Source: an uncultured bacterium
GTDB taxonomy: Bacteria; Patescibacteriota; Patescibacteriia; Patescibacteriales; UBA12465
Direction of reading: 5' to 3'
NCBI GenBank assembly: GCA_942492765.1
Contig: OW818634.1
Coordinates: 601,159-665,158, forward strand
Length of the DNA stretch: 64,000 bases
Each line of letters opens with the position of its first letter. Position 1 is the stretch's first letter. Both the position numbers and the translations under genes were made by a program. Positions 19,993 through 28,263 of the stretch are shown here, one piece after another. Below the pieces are notes generated by a model. The model had not been told where the DNA came from. It saw only the letters and a program-made list of their open reading frames with translations, and did not search any database.

Positions 19993-20012
19993 ATTGTTCC
20001 TTAAGGAACAAT
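19993..20012. repeat. Perfect 20-nt palindrome attgttcc-ttaa-ggaacaat (family copy 4)
   Basis: Read directly. It ends 6 nt before tRNA-Ala. Confidence 0.95.
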
Positions 20013-20018
20013 CAGAGA

Positions 20019-20092
20019 GGGCCATTAGCTCAGTTGGCTAGAGCGCTTCCATGGCATGGAAGAGGTCAAGGGTTCAAGTCCCTTATGGTCCA
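20019..20092 (+). tRNA. tRNA-Ala (anticodon GGC)
   Basis: Acceptor GGGCCAT/ATGGTCC with G3:U70, anticodon stem CTTCC/GGAAG, loop ATGGCAT. Trailer CAA. Confidence 0.9.
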
Positions 20093-20463
20093 CAATAAAG
20101 ATCTGTATTAACAGGTCTTTTTATTTTGCAAAATAATGGCAGCATAAGTAATTACCAGGATCCGTCGTCAGAAATAAGTCTAAAATTAAAATAAAAGTTT
20201 AAAAGTGCCTAATATAAAATTCAATAACAGGGAATAGGGATAAGTCTACATAAATCTAGACTTTTAGATATAATTTTGCTAATATTAAATAAATAATAAT
20301 ACATAAAAAATGTGTATAAGTTGTTGGAATCTTTATTTTTTGGCTAAAATTATTAATTTTATAGTAAATTTTTTTATCTTTTCTCTTGATTAATTCTTAT
20401 TTGCACAAAAACTATAAAAACCATATAATTAAGATATAATTTTTATTTTTATAGCCTAAATTT

Positions 20464-21402
20464 ATGTATGATTTGATTATTATTGGAGCTGGACCAGCTG
20501 GAATGACCGCTGGAATCTATGCGGCTCGCCGTGAAATGAAGACGCTTATTATCGGAGCCGAGGTCGGAGGACAGATGGTCTGGGCTAGCGAAATCGAAAA
20601 CTATCCAGGTTTTTCAAAAATTAGCAGTTTTGAGCTAATTGAGAACATGAGGCAACAGACTATCGGCTCTGGGGCAGAGATGAAAATAGATGAGGTGAAG
20701 AAGATCGAGCGCAAAGAGAACGGGAATTTCATAGTCTATACTGGACGTGAGTCTTTTGAGTCTCAGACCGTTCTGATTGCCATGGGCCTGTCTCCGCGGC
20801 GCTTGGCTGTTCCTGGAGAGATCGAGTTCAATGGCAAGGGCGTTTCTTACTGTGCCAATTGTGACGGGCCATTTTTCAAAAACAAGATCGTTACTGTTGT
20901 CGGAGGAGGGAACTCGGCTCTGGATGCCGCTGAAATCATGTCTAAGATAGCTTCGCAGGTTTATCTGATCCATCGCAGTGAAAGTTTTAAAGCTTTTGAG
21001 ACTTTGGTAGAGGAAGTGAATAGCCGCCAGAATATAAAGATATTATTGAATTCCGAGATAAAAGAAATATTCGGAGACGGGAAAGTAGAGAAGATAAAGG
21101 TGTCTAATGTTAAGGATAAAAAAGAAGAAGATATTAAGACTGATGGAGTATTTATTGAAGTCGGTCGTATCGCTAGCACTGATCTGGTATCTGAATTGGT
21201 TGAGCGCAACGAGAAGAATCAGATTATCGCTAACGAGAAGGGCGAAACCAAGACTCCTGGGCTATATGCTGCTGGTGATGTCACTAATTGCGAAACTAAA
21301 CAGATAACAGTAGCAATCGGGCAGGCCACTATTTCAACTCTTAATGCCTATCAATATTTGCAATTGAAAGGCAATTCTCATCTCGCGAAGAAAAATTATT
21401 AA
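20464..21402 (+). CDS. trxB: Thioredoxin-disulfide reductase
   Basis: FAD motif IIGAGPAGMTAG, redox-active CANC(DG), and NADPH motif VVGGGNSALD. Confidence 0.9.
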   Translation: MYDLIIIGAGPAGMTAGIYAARREMKTLIIGAEVGGQMVWASEIENYPGFSKISSFELIENMRQQTIGSGAEMKIDEVKKIERKENGNFIVYTGRESFESQTVLIAMGLSPRRLAVPGEIEFNGKGVSYCANCDGPFFKNKIVTVVGGGNSALDAAEIMSKIASQVYLIHRSESFKAFETLVEEVNSRQNIKILLNSEIKEIFGDGKVEKIKVSNVKDKKEEDIKTDGVFIEVGRIASTDLVSELVERNEKNQIIANEKGETKTPGLYAAGDVTNCETKQITVAIGQATISTLNAYQYLQLKGNSHLAKKNY

Positions 21403-21461
21403 TATTCTGCTATAATAAGAGGGAAATGTAGCCAGGGCCGGTATCTCGGACTTTTTGAAAT

Positions 21462-22733
21462 ATGCCAATGAAAAAAATAAATCTCGTGGCCGCGGATATG
21501 GGTTACGGCCATCAGCGCGCCGCCTATCCTCTCATGGACATGAGTGGCGGAGAAATCATCACTATTAATGATTATCCGGGAATCGCTGATTGGGAAAAGG
21601 ATTATTGGGTTAAGAGCTTACGTTCTTACGAAAAGGTTTCTCGCCTGAAGAAGATTCCTCTTTTAGGATACGCAGTTTTTGAAATCATGGATGCTTTTCA
21701 GAAAATACGCCCGCTTTATCCTTTCCGTGACTTGTCTCGACCGACTACGCAGCAAAGATATTTTTTCCGTTTCGTGAAGCGCGGCTTAGGCAAGAACTTG
21801 ATTGAAAGCCTTAATCGTGAAGCCCTGCCATATGTGACTACTTTTTTCGTAGCCGCTTATATTGCCGAATATCATGGTTATAAAGGTGATATTTATTGCA
21901 TAATCTGCGATACCGATGCTTCTCGCGCCTGGGCGCCCCTTACTCCGAAAGCGAGCCGGACTAAATTCTTAGTGCCGAGCGAAAAAGTTAGGGAAAGATT
22001 CCTGATGTACGGAGTCAAGCCGCAGAATATCATCGTTACCGGCTTCCCCTTGCCTAAAGAGAATATTGGCGCGGAAAAAGAGATATTGACCGACGACCTG
22101 GAGCGTCGCGTCGCCCTGCTTGATTCAGAAGGGATATATCGCGATCATTATAAGTCATTGCTGAAGAGCGTGGCTCCGGATTCCCTGAAAGACGAGAGTC
22201 ATCCGATCACTATAACCTTCGCGGTCGGCGGCGCCGGAGCTCAAAAAGAAGTCGGTGCCCTGATCATGAAAAAACTAGCCCTAGGGATACGTGAAGGAAA
22301 GATCGCTTTGAATATGGTGGCTGGAAACAGGCCGGAGGTGAAAGACTATTTCGAAGAAGCCGCTGCTATCAGCGGTTTGCGTATCGGGAAAGGATTAGAG
22401 ATAATTTTTGCACCCGATAAAATCGATTATTTCAAGAAATTCAACCGTTGCCTGCGTAACACTGATATACTCTGGACTAAGCCTTCTGAATTATCATTTT
22501 ATTGCGCTTTGGGATTACCGATAATAATATCGACTCCTGTCGGCAGCCAGGAAGACTGGAATCGCGAATGGCTGCTGTCGATGGGGGCGGGAATAGACAG
22601 TCTTGCCCCTGAGTATGTTGATGAATGGCTGCCTGATCTTCTGGCGTCCGGCCGGCTAGCGCGCGCTGCCGTCGACGGTTTCTTGAACGCGGAACAGATG
22701 GGCGCCTATAATATTGAAAGATTATTAAGCTAG
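21462..22733 (+). CDS. Putative GT-B fold glycosyltransferase (MGDG-synthase/MurG-like N-terminus)
   Basis: N-terminal ADMGYGHQRAAYPL resembles the G-x-G-H-x-x-A-A motif of the MGDG synthase/GT28 family. The rest was not recognisable by eye. Confidence 0.35.
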   Translation: MPMKKINLVAADMGYGHQRAAYPLMDMSGGEIITINDYPGIADWEKDYWVKSLRSYEKVSRLKKIPLLGYAVFEIMDAFQKIRPLYPFRDLSRPTTQQRYFFRFVKRGLGKNLIESLNREALPYVTTFFVAAYIAEYHGYKGDIYCIICDTDASRAWAPLTPKASRTKFLVPSEKVRERFLMYGVKPQNIIVTGFPLPKENIGAEKEILTDDLERRVALLDSEGIYRDHYKSLLKSVAPDSLKDESHPITITFAVGGAGAQKEVGALIMKKLALGIREGKIALNMVAGNRPEVKDYFEEAAAISGLRIGKGLEIIFAPDKIDYFKKFNRCLRNTDILWTKPSELSFYCALGLPIIISTPVGSQEDWNREWLLSMGAGIDSLAPEYVDEWLPDLLASGRLARAAVDGFLNAEQMGAYNIERLLS

Positions 22734-22749
22734 AAATAATATATATTCT

Positions 22750-23685
22750 ATGAATTGGATTGCGGCAGCCCTGTCCGCCTATCTATTGCTAGCGGTCGCC
22801 AACCTGTTCGATAAATTCTTAGTCGATAATGTCTTGAAGAACAGCAAGGCCTATGCCTTTTCTGCCTGCGTTCTCGGGGCAGTCATGTTCCTGGCTGCGC
22901 CTTGGTTCTTGTATTGGCCGGGCTGGCTTCTCTTTTTTTTCAATATCCTGAACGGCTTCATCTTCGCGGTCGCTTTATGGATGCTCTATGAAGCTTTGCG
23001 GCGCGGCGATGCGGCGCGCATCTTGGTTTTCATCGGCGGCGTTACGCCGATATTTTCCCTCTTGTTCTCGCTCCTATTCTTTAAGGAACATTTTTCTTTC
23101 AATCAATGGATCGGCATGCTCTTTATCATCATCGGAATCGTTATCATAATCTTTTTGCCGACAGCGCGCAGCTATCTTTCCAGAATATTTAAGAGATTAA
23201 ATATCATCCAAGATATCAAGTCTGGAGGAATAGGTATCGCTCTTATTTCCGCTCTGGCCTATTCGGTTTATTTCTTAAGCACGAAGCTCGCTTATGCTTA
23301 TCAGCCGTTTGCCAGCGCTTTTATCTGGACTCGTCTAGGCGCCGCCCTTTTCGTTCTATTATTCCTGATCAGGCGCTCTGATCGACAAGCGATCATGGCG
23401 CTATGGCGGAAATCAGGACCGAAGAAGAATAAATTTTTAGTCGTCTTTAATCAAACTTTGGGCGCGACCGGATTCATCTTGCAGAATTACGCGATTTATC
23501 TGGGATCAGTCGTGCTTGTTAATGCTTTACAGGGAGTACAGTATGCTTTCTTGCTGATTATCAGCACTATCTTAGCTTTGAGCGCTCCGCGCTTGTTGAA
23601 AGAAACTTTTTCTTGGAAGATATTCCTGCAGAAGATGGCGGCGGTAGTTTCCGTAGCCGTCGGGCTTTATTTCATAACTTTTTAA
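22750..23685 (+). CDS. EamA/DMT-superfamily membrane transporter
   Basis: About 10 TM segments in two similar halves; size typical of the family. Confidence 0.6.
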   Translation: MNWIAAALSAYLLLAVANLFDKFLVDNVLKNSKAYAFSACVLGAVMFLAAPWFLYWPGWLLFFFNILNGFIFAVALWMLYEALRRGDAARILVFIGGVTPIFSLLFSLLFFKEHFSFNQWIGMLFIIIGIVIIIFLPTARSYLSRIFKRLNIIQDIKSGGIGIALISALAYSVYFLSTKLAYAYQPFASAFIWTRLGAALFVLLFLIRRSDRQAIMALWRKSGPKKNKFLVVFNQTLGATGFILQNYAIYLGSVVLVNALQGVQYAFLLIISTILALSAPRLLKETFSWKIFLQKMAAVVSVAVGLYFITF

Positions 23686-23687
23686 GT

Positions 23688-24794
23688 ATGGCCGTCAAGA
23701 AACAAAAAATTAAAGCCGTCTCTGGTAAAGATAAGGCGGCTGCTACCAGGAATAGCAATCGCGCCTTCAAGGAGGCCTTTATCGATTGGTATCTTCGCCG
23801 TCGCAAGATCTGGCTGGCCAGCTTGGTTCTGGTAGCTGCTTTGGCCTTTTATTTTCTTAAGATCGCTGATTATTATCCGTCAAAGATAGACCTTAAGCAT
23901 CGTCCGGATTTTTTCGGCGTCACTTTCTCAACTAAATTCTGCGATGAGCTCGGGCTGGACTGGAAGGAAGCTTATGCCGCCACGCTTGATGAATTACAAG
24001 TTAAGTATATCCGGATTCCGGTTTATTGGGATGATATCGAAGCCGAAGAAGGCATCTTTGATTTTTCTAAGTACGACTATCTCTTGAATGAGGGCGCGCG
24101 GCACGGGACGAAATTTATCGTCAGCATCGGCCGCCGCGTTCCGCGCTGGCCGGAATGCCATAATCCCGACTGGATCAATCATCGCGATGACGTGGCCGTG
24201 CAAGTAGCCACTCTTAAGACGGTCAGGACTATTGTCGAAAGATACCGCTCTTATGATAGCGTTGAATTCTGGCAGGTAGAGAATGAACCATTCTTAGGCA
24301 CTTTTGGCGTTTGTCCGGAATTGGATCATAATTTCTTGCGACAGGAATTTGATTTGGTCAGGTCTCTAGATAGTCGCCAAATTATCATTACTGGATCGGG
24401 CGAATTAGGATCCTGGAAGGAGCAAGCCAAGATAGGCGACATTTTTGGCAGCACTTTGTATCGCATCGTTTATAATTCCTGGCTCGGCTTTATGAAATAT
24501 CCGTTCCCGACCTTCTATTATGATCTCAAGGCGAGATTAGCCGGACTTTCTCCAGAACGTCTGATGGTCTTGGAGCTGCAGGCTGAACCCTGGGTTCCTC
24601 ACGGCAAGATGATGTATCAGACCAAAGAGGAAATTAACGACACTATGAGCTTGGATCAATTTAAGGCTAATCTGCAATATGCGATCAATCTGAATTTCCG
24701 ACGCACCTATATCTGGGGCGTAGAATGGTGGTATTTTCAAAAAAAATACGGCAACCCGGAATATTGGCGGATTGCCGCAGGACTATTCAAATAA
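23688..24794 (+). CDS. Membrane-anchored clan GH-A (TIM-barrel) glycoside hydrolase, GH5/GH42-like
   Basis: The start was moved to the ATG at 23688, after the upstream stop. N-terminal TM; IRIPVYWDDIEAEEGIFDF and the acid/base motif WQVENEPF. Confidence 0.5.
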   Translation: MAVKKQKIKAVSGKDKAAATRNSNRAFKEAFIDWYLRRRKIWLASLVLVAALAFYFLKIADYYPSKIDLKHRPDFFGVTFSTKFCDELGLDWKEAYAATLDELQVKYIRIPVYWDDIEAEEGIFDFSKYDYLLNEGARHGTKFIVSIGRRVPRWPECHNPDWINHRDDVAVQVATLKTVRTIVERYRSYDSVEFWQVENEPFLGTFGVCPELDHNFLRQEFDLVRSLDSRQIIITGSGELGSWKEQAKIGDIFGSTLYRIVYNSWLGFMKYPFPTFYYDLKARLAGLSPERLMVLELQAEPWVPHGKMMYQTKEEINDTMSLDQFKANLQYAINLNFRRTYIWGVEWWYFQKKYGNPEYWRIAAGLFK

Positions 24795-24823
24795 GTGAGG
24801 CTCGTTCCTGTCTATTAGCGCTA

Positions 24824-25900
24824 TTAACCTTCCAGCATCTCAATAATCTTATCATCATTATTATCAACCCATTCCTTGAAGGCTCTGAGAGCCGAATCCG
24901 GATGGGTTTTTTCTTTGTCGACTAAGAGCGATAAATCGAAATTGTCGGCTGTCAGGGCGATGCCGGCGCGGCAGGCGTCATGAGCATTGCATTTCTGCTC
25001 AAAGTGATTCTTGGTTGGAATCATCAAGATATCTTTTTGCAGATAGGCAGCTTCGGCAATCGAATCAAACCCGGCCGTCGAGACATAGGCGCGGCAATTG
25101 ATCAGGCGGTCGATGAATTTTTCTCCGTGCAGATGATGAAAAGTAAGATTGTCGTTCATGATGGTCGTTTCCGATTCAGGCTTATTCCAGAAAGCCTCGA
25201 TTTTTATTTGAGGATTCTGGCCGTTCCAGGTGATTATTTCCTGGCTATAGCCGGCATTCAAGAGATAGACCAGGATGAAGTTGCCGCTTATCGGCGCTTG
25301 GCAGGTGAGGTTATGGCGGATGAGCGGCGGGCAGACGACCATGTTCATTTTCTTGAAATCAGCCTCTTCAGTAAAAGATAGGGCGACTCTTAATCCATGG
25401 CGCGGCGCTGTCAGCCGATTATATAATTTGAGGCCGAAACTGTCTCCGGTCCTTCCGCTGGGAAATATGAAAGAGGGATGTTCGGTAAAATATTGGTGGC
25501 TAATGCAGAAAAGCGGCCGCTTATCCCGGTAATAGCGGCAATAGATGCCAGCCAATGGTTCATAGAAATTTACTAGCACATCAGGGTTCTTTTCTCTTAT
25601 TATTTTTTTTATTCTTCTTATTGATTGGCGGTAATGGCGCAGCTGCCTAAGGGCGTTGATTATGCTAGCGCGCAGATTGATGCCTTGGTTCTGGCTATCG
25701 ACGATGAATCTCGGGCTAGATATCCTGATAAGCTTATCCTTAAATTGTTCTTCAAAAAAAGCCGGCAGCCCGTAATCGGGATCCGGTCCGGCAATCACTG
25801 CCAATATCTCATGGCCCCTTTCCTCTAGCTTAGCCTTGAGGGTCAATGCCTGGGTAAGGTGGCCGCGCCCTTCGCCTTGGACGAAGAATAAATAAGTCAT
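24824..25900 (-). CDS. GT-B fold glycosyltransferase (MJ1255/TIGR00661-like)
   Basis: N-terminus MTYLFFVQGEGRGHLTQAL is characteristic of the family. The ATG lies 2 nt after the CCA end of tRNA-Gly. Confidence 0.5.
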   Translation of the reverse strand: MTYLFFVQGEGRGHLTQALTLKAKLEERGHEILAVIAGPDPDYGLPAFFEEQFKDKLIRISSPRFIVDSQNQGINLRASIINALRQLRHYRQSIRRIKKIIREKNPDVLVNFYEPLAGIYCRYYRDKRPLFCISHQYFTEHPSFIFPSGRTGDSFGLKLYNRLTAPRHGLRVALSFTEEADFKKMNMVVCPPLIRHNLTCQAPISGNFILVYLLNAGYSQEIITWNGQNPQIKIEAFWNKPESETTIMNDNLTFHHLHGEKFIDRLINCRAYVSTAGFDSIAEAAYLQKDILMIPTKNHFEQKCNAHDACRAGIALTADNFDLSLLVDKEKTHPDSALRAFKEWVDNNDDKIIEMLEG

Positions 25901-25902
25901 AT

Positions 25903-25977
25903 TGGAGCGGGTAAGGGGAATCGAACCCCTCTCATAAGGTTGGAAACCTTAGGTAATAACCACTATACGATACCCGC
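25903..25977 (-). tRNA. tRNA-Gly (anticodon TCC), CCA encoded
   Basis: Acceptor GCGGGTA/TACCCGC, anticodon stem TAAGG/CCTTA, loop TTTCCAA, T-loop TTCGATT, 3' TCCA. Confidence 0.9.
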
Positions 25978-26030
25978 CTGCTAGAATATCTTATAAAAAA
26001 AACCGGCCAAAGTCAATCCGGCCAGATTTT

Positions 26031-27212
26031 CTATTTAGTATCCTTAAGAGACAAGGAAAAACCTAGGCCGGAGAGCATGATTATGGCCATAACCAAGAAA
26101 AGATAATTAAGGGGCCAAAACATTAGGACCAGGATAGAAATGGCCGGACCGACAATATAAGCTAAGGGGGCGGTAATCCGGAACATGTTTATATATGAGA
26201 TATCTTTAGCCCCGACCGTCTTGAAGAAATAGGTTTCTCTCATCGCCTCTACTAAGGCGGCGCCGATGCGCGACAAGAAAAGCACCATCATCCAGATCCA
26301 AAAGCTCGGGACGCTGATATAATAGAAAAGAAAGAGAGAGATAGCTAGGATTATGAAGCCTGCAGATAATATTTCTTTTTCGCCGATATATCTATCGGCG
26401 ATTATCCCGGCCGGTATCTCGAAGATTATGAAGGGGATAAGCATGACCGAAAATATCGGTCCGAGCATTTCCCAGCCCATATTTAGGTTTTGGAAAAGAT
26501 AGATGGGCAGGTAGATGACGGCAGTGCTATAGAAGAGCTGGAGCAAGAAAGCGACGAAGAATATGCCGCGCATGTTTTTATTGCCCCAGATATTTTTGCA
26601 AGATCTTATGATTCCATCTTCTTGGTATTTGATGTTATCTTTGAGATTCTTAGCTTGATATAAGAAGATCAGAAATAAGGGTGCGACTAAAAGGCCGGCG
26701 ATAAGAAAGGATAAGGCGTATTCGCCTTTGCCGATAAGGAATGTCGTCATGATCGGAGACAATATCCAGCCAATATTGATAAAGGTGAAATAAATGGTCC
26801 GCGTCTTGCCGGTGGAGGCATCGGAAGAGAAGCTCTCGACAAGCACGTCCATGTTTATCCAGATGAGGTTAGAGGTGATAGAGAAGAGGACAATGGAAAT
26901 GAAGGCTGACAGAGCGTTCGTCGACAGAGTCATCCCGAATAGGGAGCTGGCGTAAATTATCAGGACGACTTTAGTCAGGAAGTAATTAGACAGCCTCTTG
27001 ATATACTTAGGGAACACCAAGATAGCGGCGGCCGTCATTAGGTTGGCGACCATCATGAAGACACTGATAGCATTGAGAGAGATAAATTGCCTTAGGAAAT
27101 TCGATTGGATATAGGTCGGTAAAGCGGTTGATATGGCCAAGAGCAGCCCTAGGAAATAGAGGATCAGCAGGCGCTGACGGTTCTTTTTAGAATTTTTTTT
27201 GGGGGCGGGCAT
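26031..27212 (-). CDS. MFS transporter
   Basis: 393 aa with about 12 TM helices in two six-helix halves. Overlaps the lgt 3' end by 26 nt. Confidence 0.6.
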   Translation of the reverse strand: MPAPKKNSKKNRQRLLILYFLGLLLAISTALPTYIQSNFLRQFISLNAISVFMMVANLMTAAAILVFPKYIKRLSNYFLTKVVLIIYASSLFGMTLSTNALSAFISIVLFSITSNLIWINMDVLVESFSSDASTGKTRTIYFTFINIGWILSPIMTTFLIGKGEYALSFLIAGLLVAPLFLIFLYQAKNLKDNIKYQEDGIIRSCKNIWGNKNMRGIFFVAFLLQLFYSTAVIYLPIYLFQNLNMGWEMLGPIFSVMLIPFIIFEIPAGIIADRYIGEKEILSAGFIILAISLFLFYYISVPSFWIWMMVLFLSRIGAALVEAMRETYFFKTVGAKDISYINMFRITAPLAYIVGPAISILVLMFWPLNYLFLVMAIIMLSGLGFSLSLKDTK

Positions 27213-28008
27213 AAGAAAAAGATATTAACGAGATGGCGCCAGCGATAATGACTAGGCTCATAATTTGAGGCCAGCGCATCCCTAAGAAATAAGGAGTTTT
27301 GTCTATCTTGATGAACTCAAGTGAGAATCTCAATACAGAATATAGTATCATATAAAGCCCGAGCGACCAAGCGTAGAACGAGTTAGATAGGCTCTTGCGC
27401 CTAATCGTTCGCTGATTAAGACAGAAGAGGAATATGAATATAGCTAGACAACCCAAGCTCTCGTAGAGAAAAGTCGGGTGGAAATAACTATCCGCGGCGT
27501 AAGCAGCCGGACGATTCAGGACGTCTATCGGGATGCCCCAGGGCCGATTTGTCGGCAGGCCGAATAATTCTTGGTTGAAATAATTTCCCCAGCGGCCGAT
27601 AGCTTGTCCGAGAGCTAGTCCGGGGACTAAGAGGGCTGATAATTTAAGCCAGCCTATCTTGTGTCGGCGTGAGAATATCCAAATTATGACTATCCCGGCG
27701 ATGATAGCCCCGTGTATAGCTAGGCCGCCGCGCCAGACAGCCAAGATCTGCCCAGGGTGCGCTATATAATAAGGAAGCTCTAGCAAGACATCATACAGAC
27801 GGGCGCCGACCAGTCCTCCGAGAATGAGCCAGAATGAAAGGTCGAAGACAATATCGCGGGAGATTCCATAACGCTCGGCCAGATAGAAAGAGATGGCTAG
27901 CGCCGCTATCATTCCGGTTACCAGAAAAAGACCATACCAATGGAGAGAGATGGGTCCGGCGCTGAATATTACGGCTGCAGGCTGGAAAGAATGGAGAAAG
28001 TTAATCAT
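27187..28008 (-). CDS. lgt: Prolipoprotein diacylglyceryl transferase
   Basis: HWYGLF, GGLVGARLY, and the signature GRWGNYFNQELFG. Confidence 0.9.
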   Translation of the reverse strand: MINFLHSFQPAAVIFSAGPISLHWYGLFLVTGMIAALAISFYLAERYGISRDIVFDLSFWLILGGLVGARLYDVLLELPYYIAHPGQILAVWRGGLAIHGAIIAGIVIIWIFSRRHKIGWLKLSALLVPGLALGQAIGRWGNYFNQELFGLPTNRPWGIPIDVLNRPAAYAADSYFHPTFLYESLGCLAIFIFLFCLNQRTIRRKSLSNSFYAWSLGLYMILYSVLRFSLEFIKIDKTPYFLGMRWPQIMSLVIIAGAISLISFSYARPQKKF

Positions 28009-28086
28009 GATTAGATTTTAGCAATTTTAGCCCGCGCTCGCAACTCGGCTGGAGTACAAAAAAACAGGCTTGAGCCTGTTTATTCA

Positions 28087-28171
28087 TGGTGCGGACGGAG
28101 GGACTCGAACCCTCAAGAGTTGCCTCGCTAGCTCCTAAGGCTAGTGCGTCTACCAATTTCGCCACGTCCGC
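28087..28171 (-). tRNA. tRNA-Leu (anticodon TAG), long variable arm, CCA encoded
   Basis: GCGGACG..GGTAGACGC; anticodon stem CTAGC/GCTAG; loop CTTAGGA; 3' CGTCCGCACCA. Confidence 0.9.
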
Positions 28172-28263
28172 GGTATTTCCAATTATTTTCATATTAAATG
28201 ATTATTCTTATAAAGTAAAGTTTGTGTTATAATGGAGATATAAAATAAAATTAAGCTATCAAT

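Noticed and set aside
19925-20012. Three closely spaced similar repeats considered as a mini CRISPR array.
   Set aside because: There are only three copies, with spacers of 8 and 18 nt. The repeats are perfect palindromes of differing sequence, and no cas genes are present. This is not CRISPR-like.
28001-28192. 63-aa minus-strand ORF.
   Set aside because: It overlaps tRNA-Leu(TAG) completely and is spurious.
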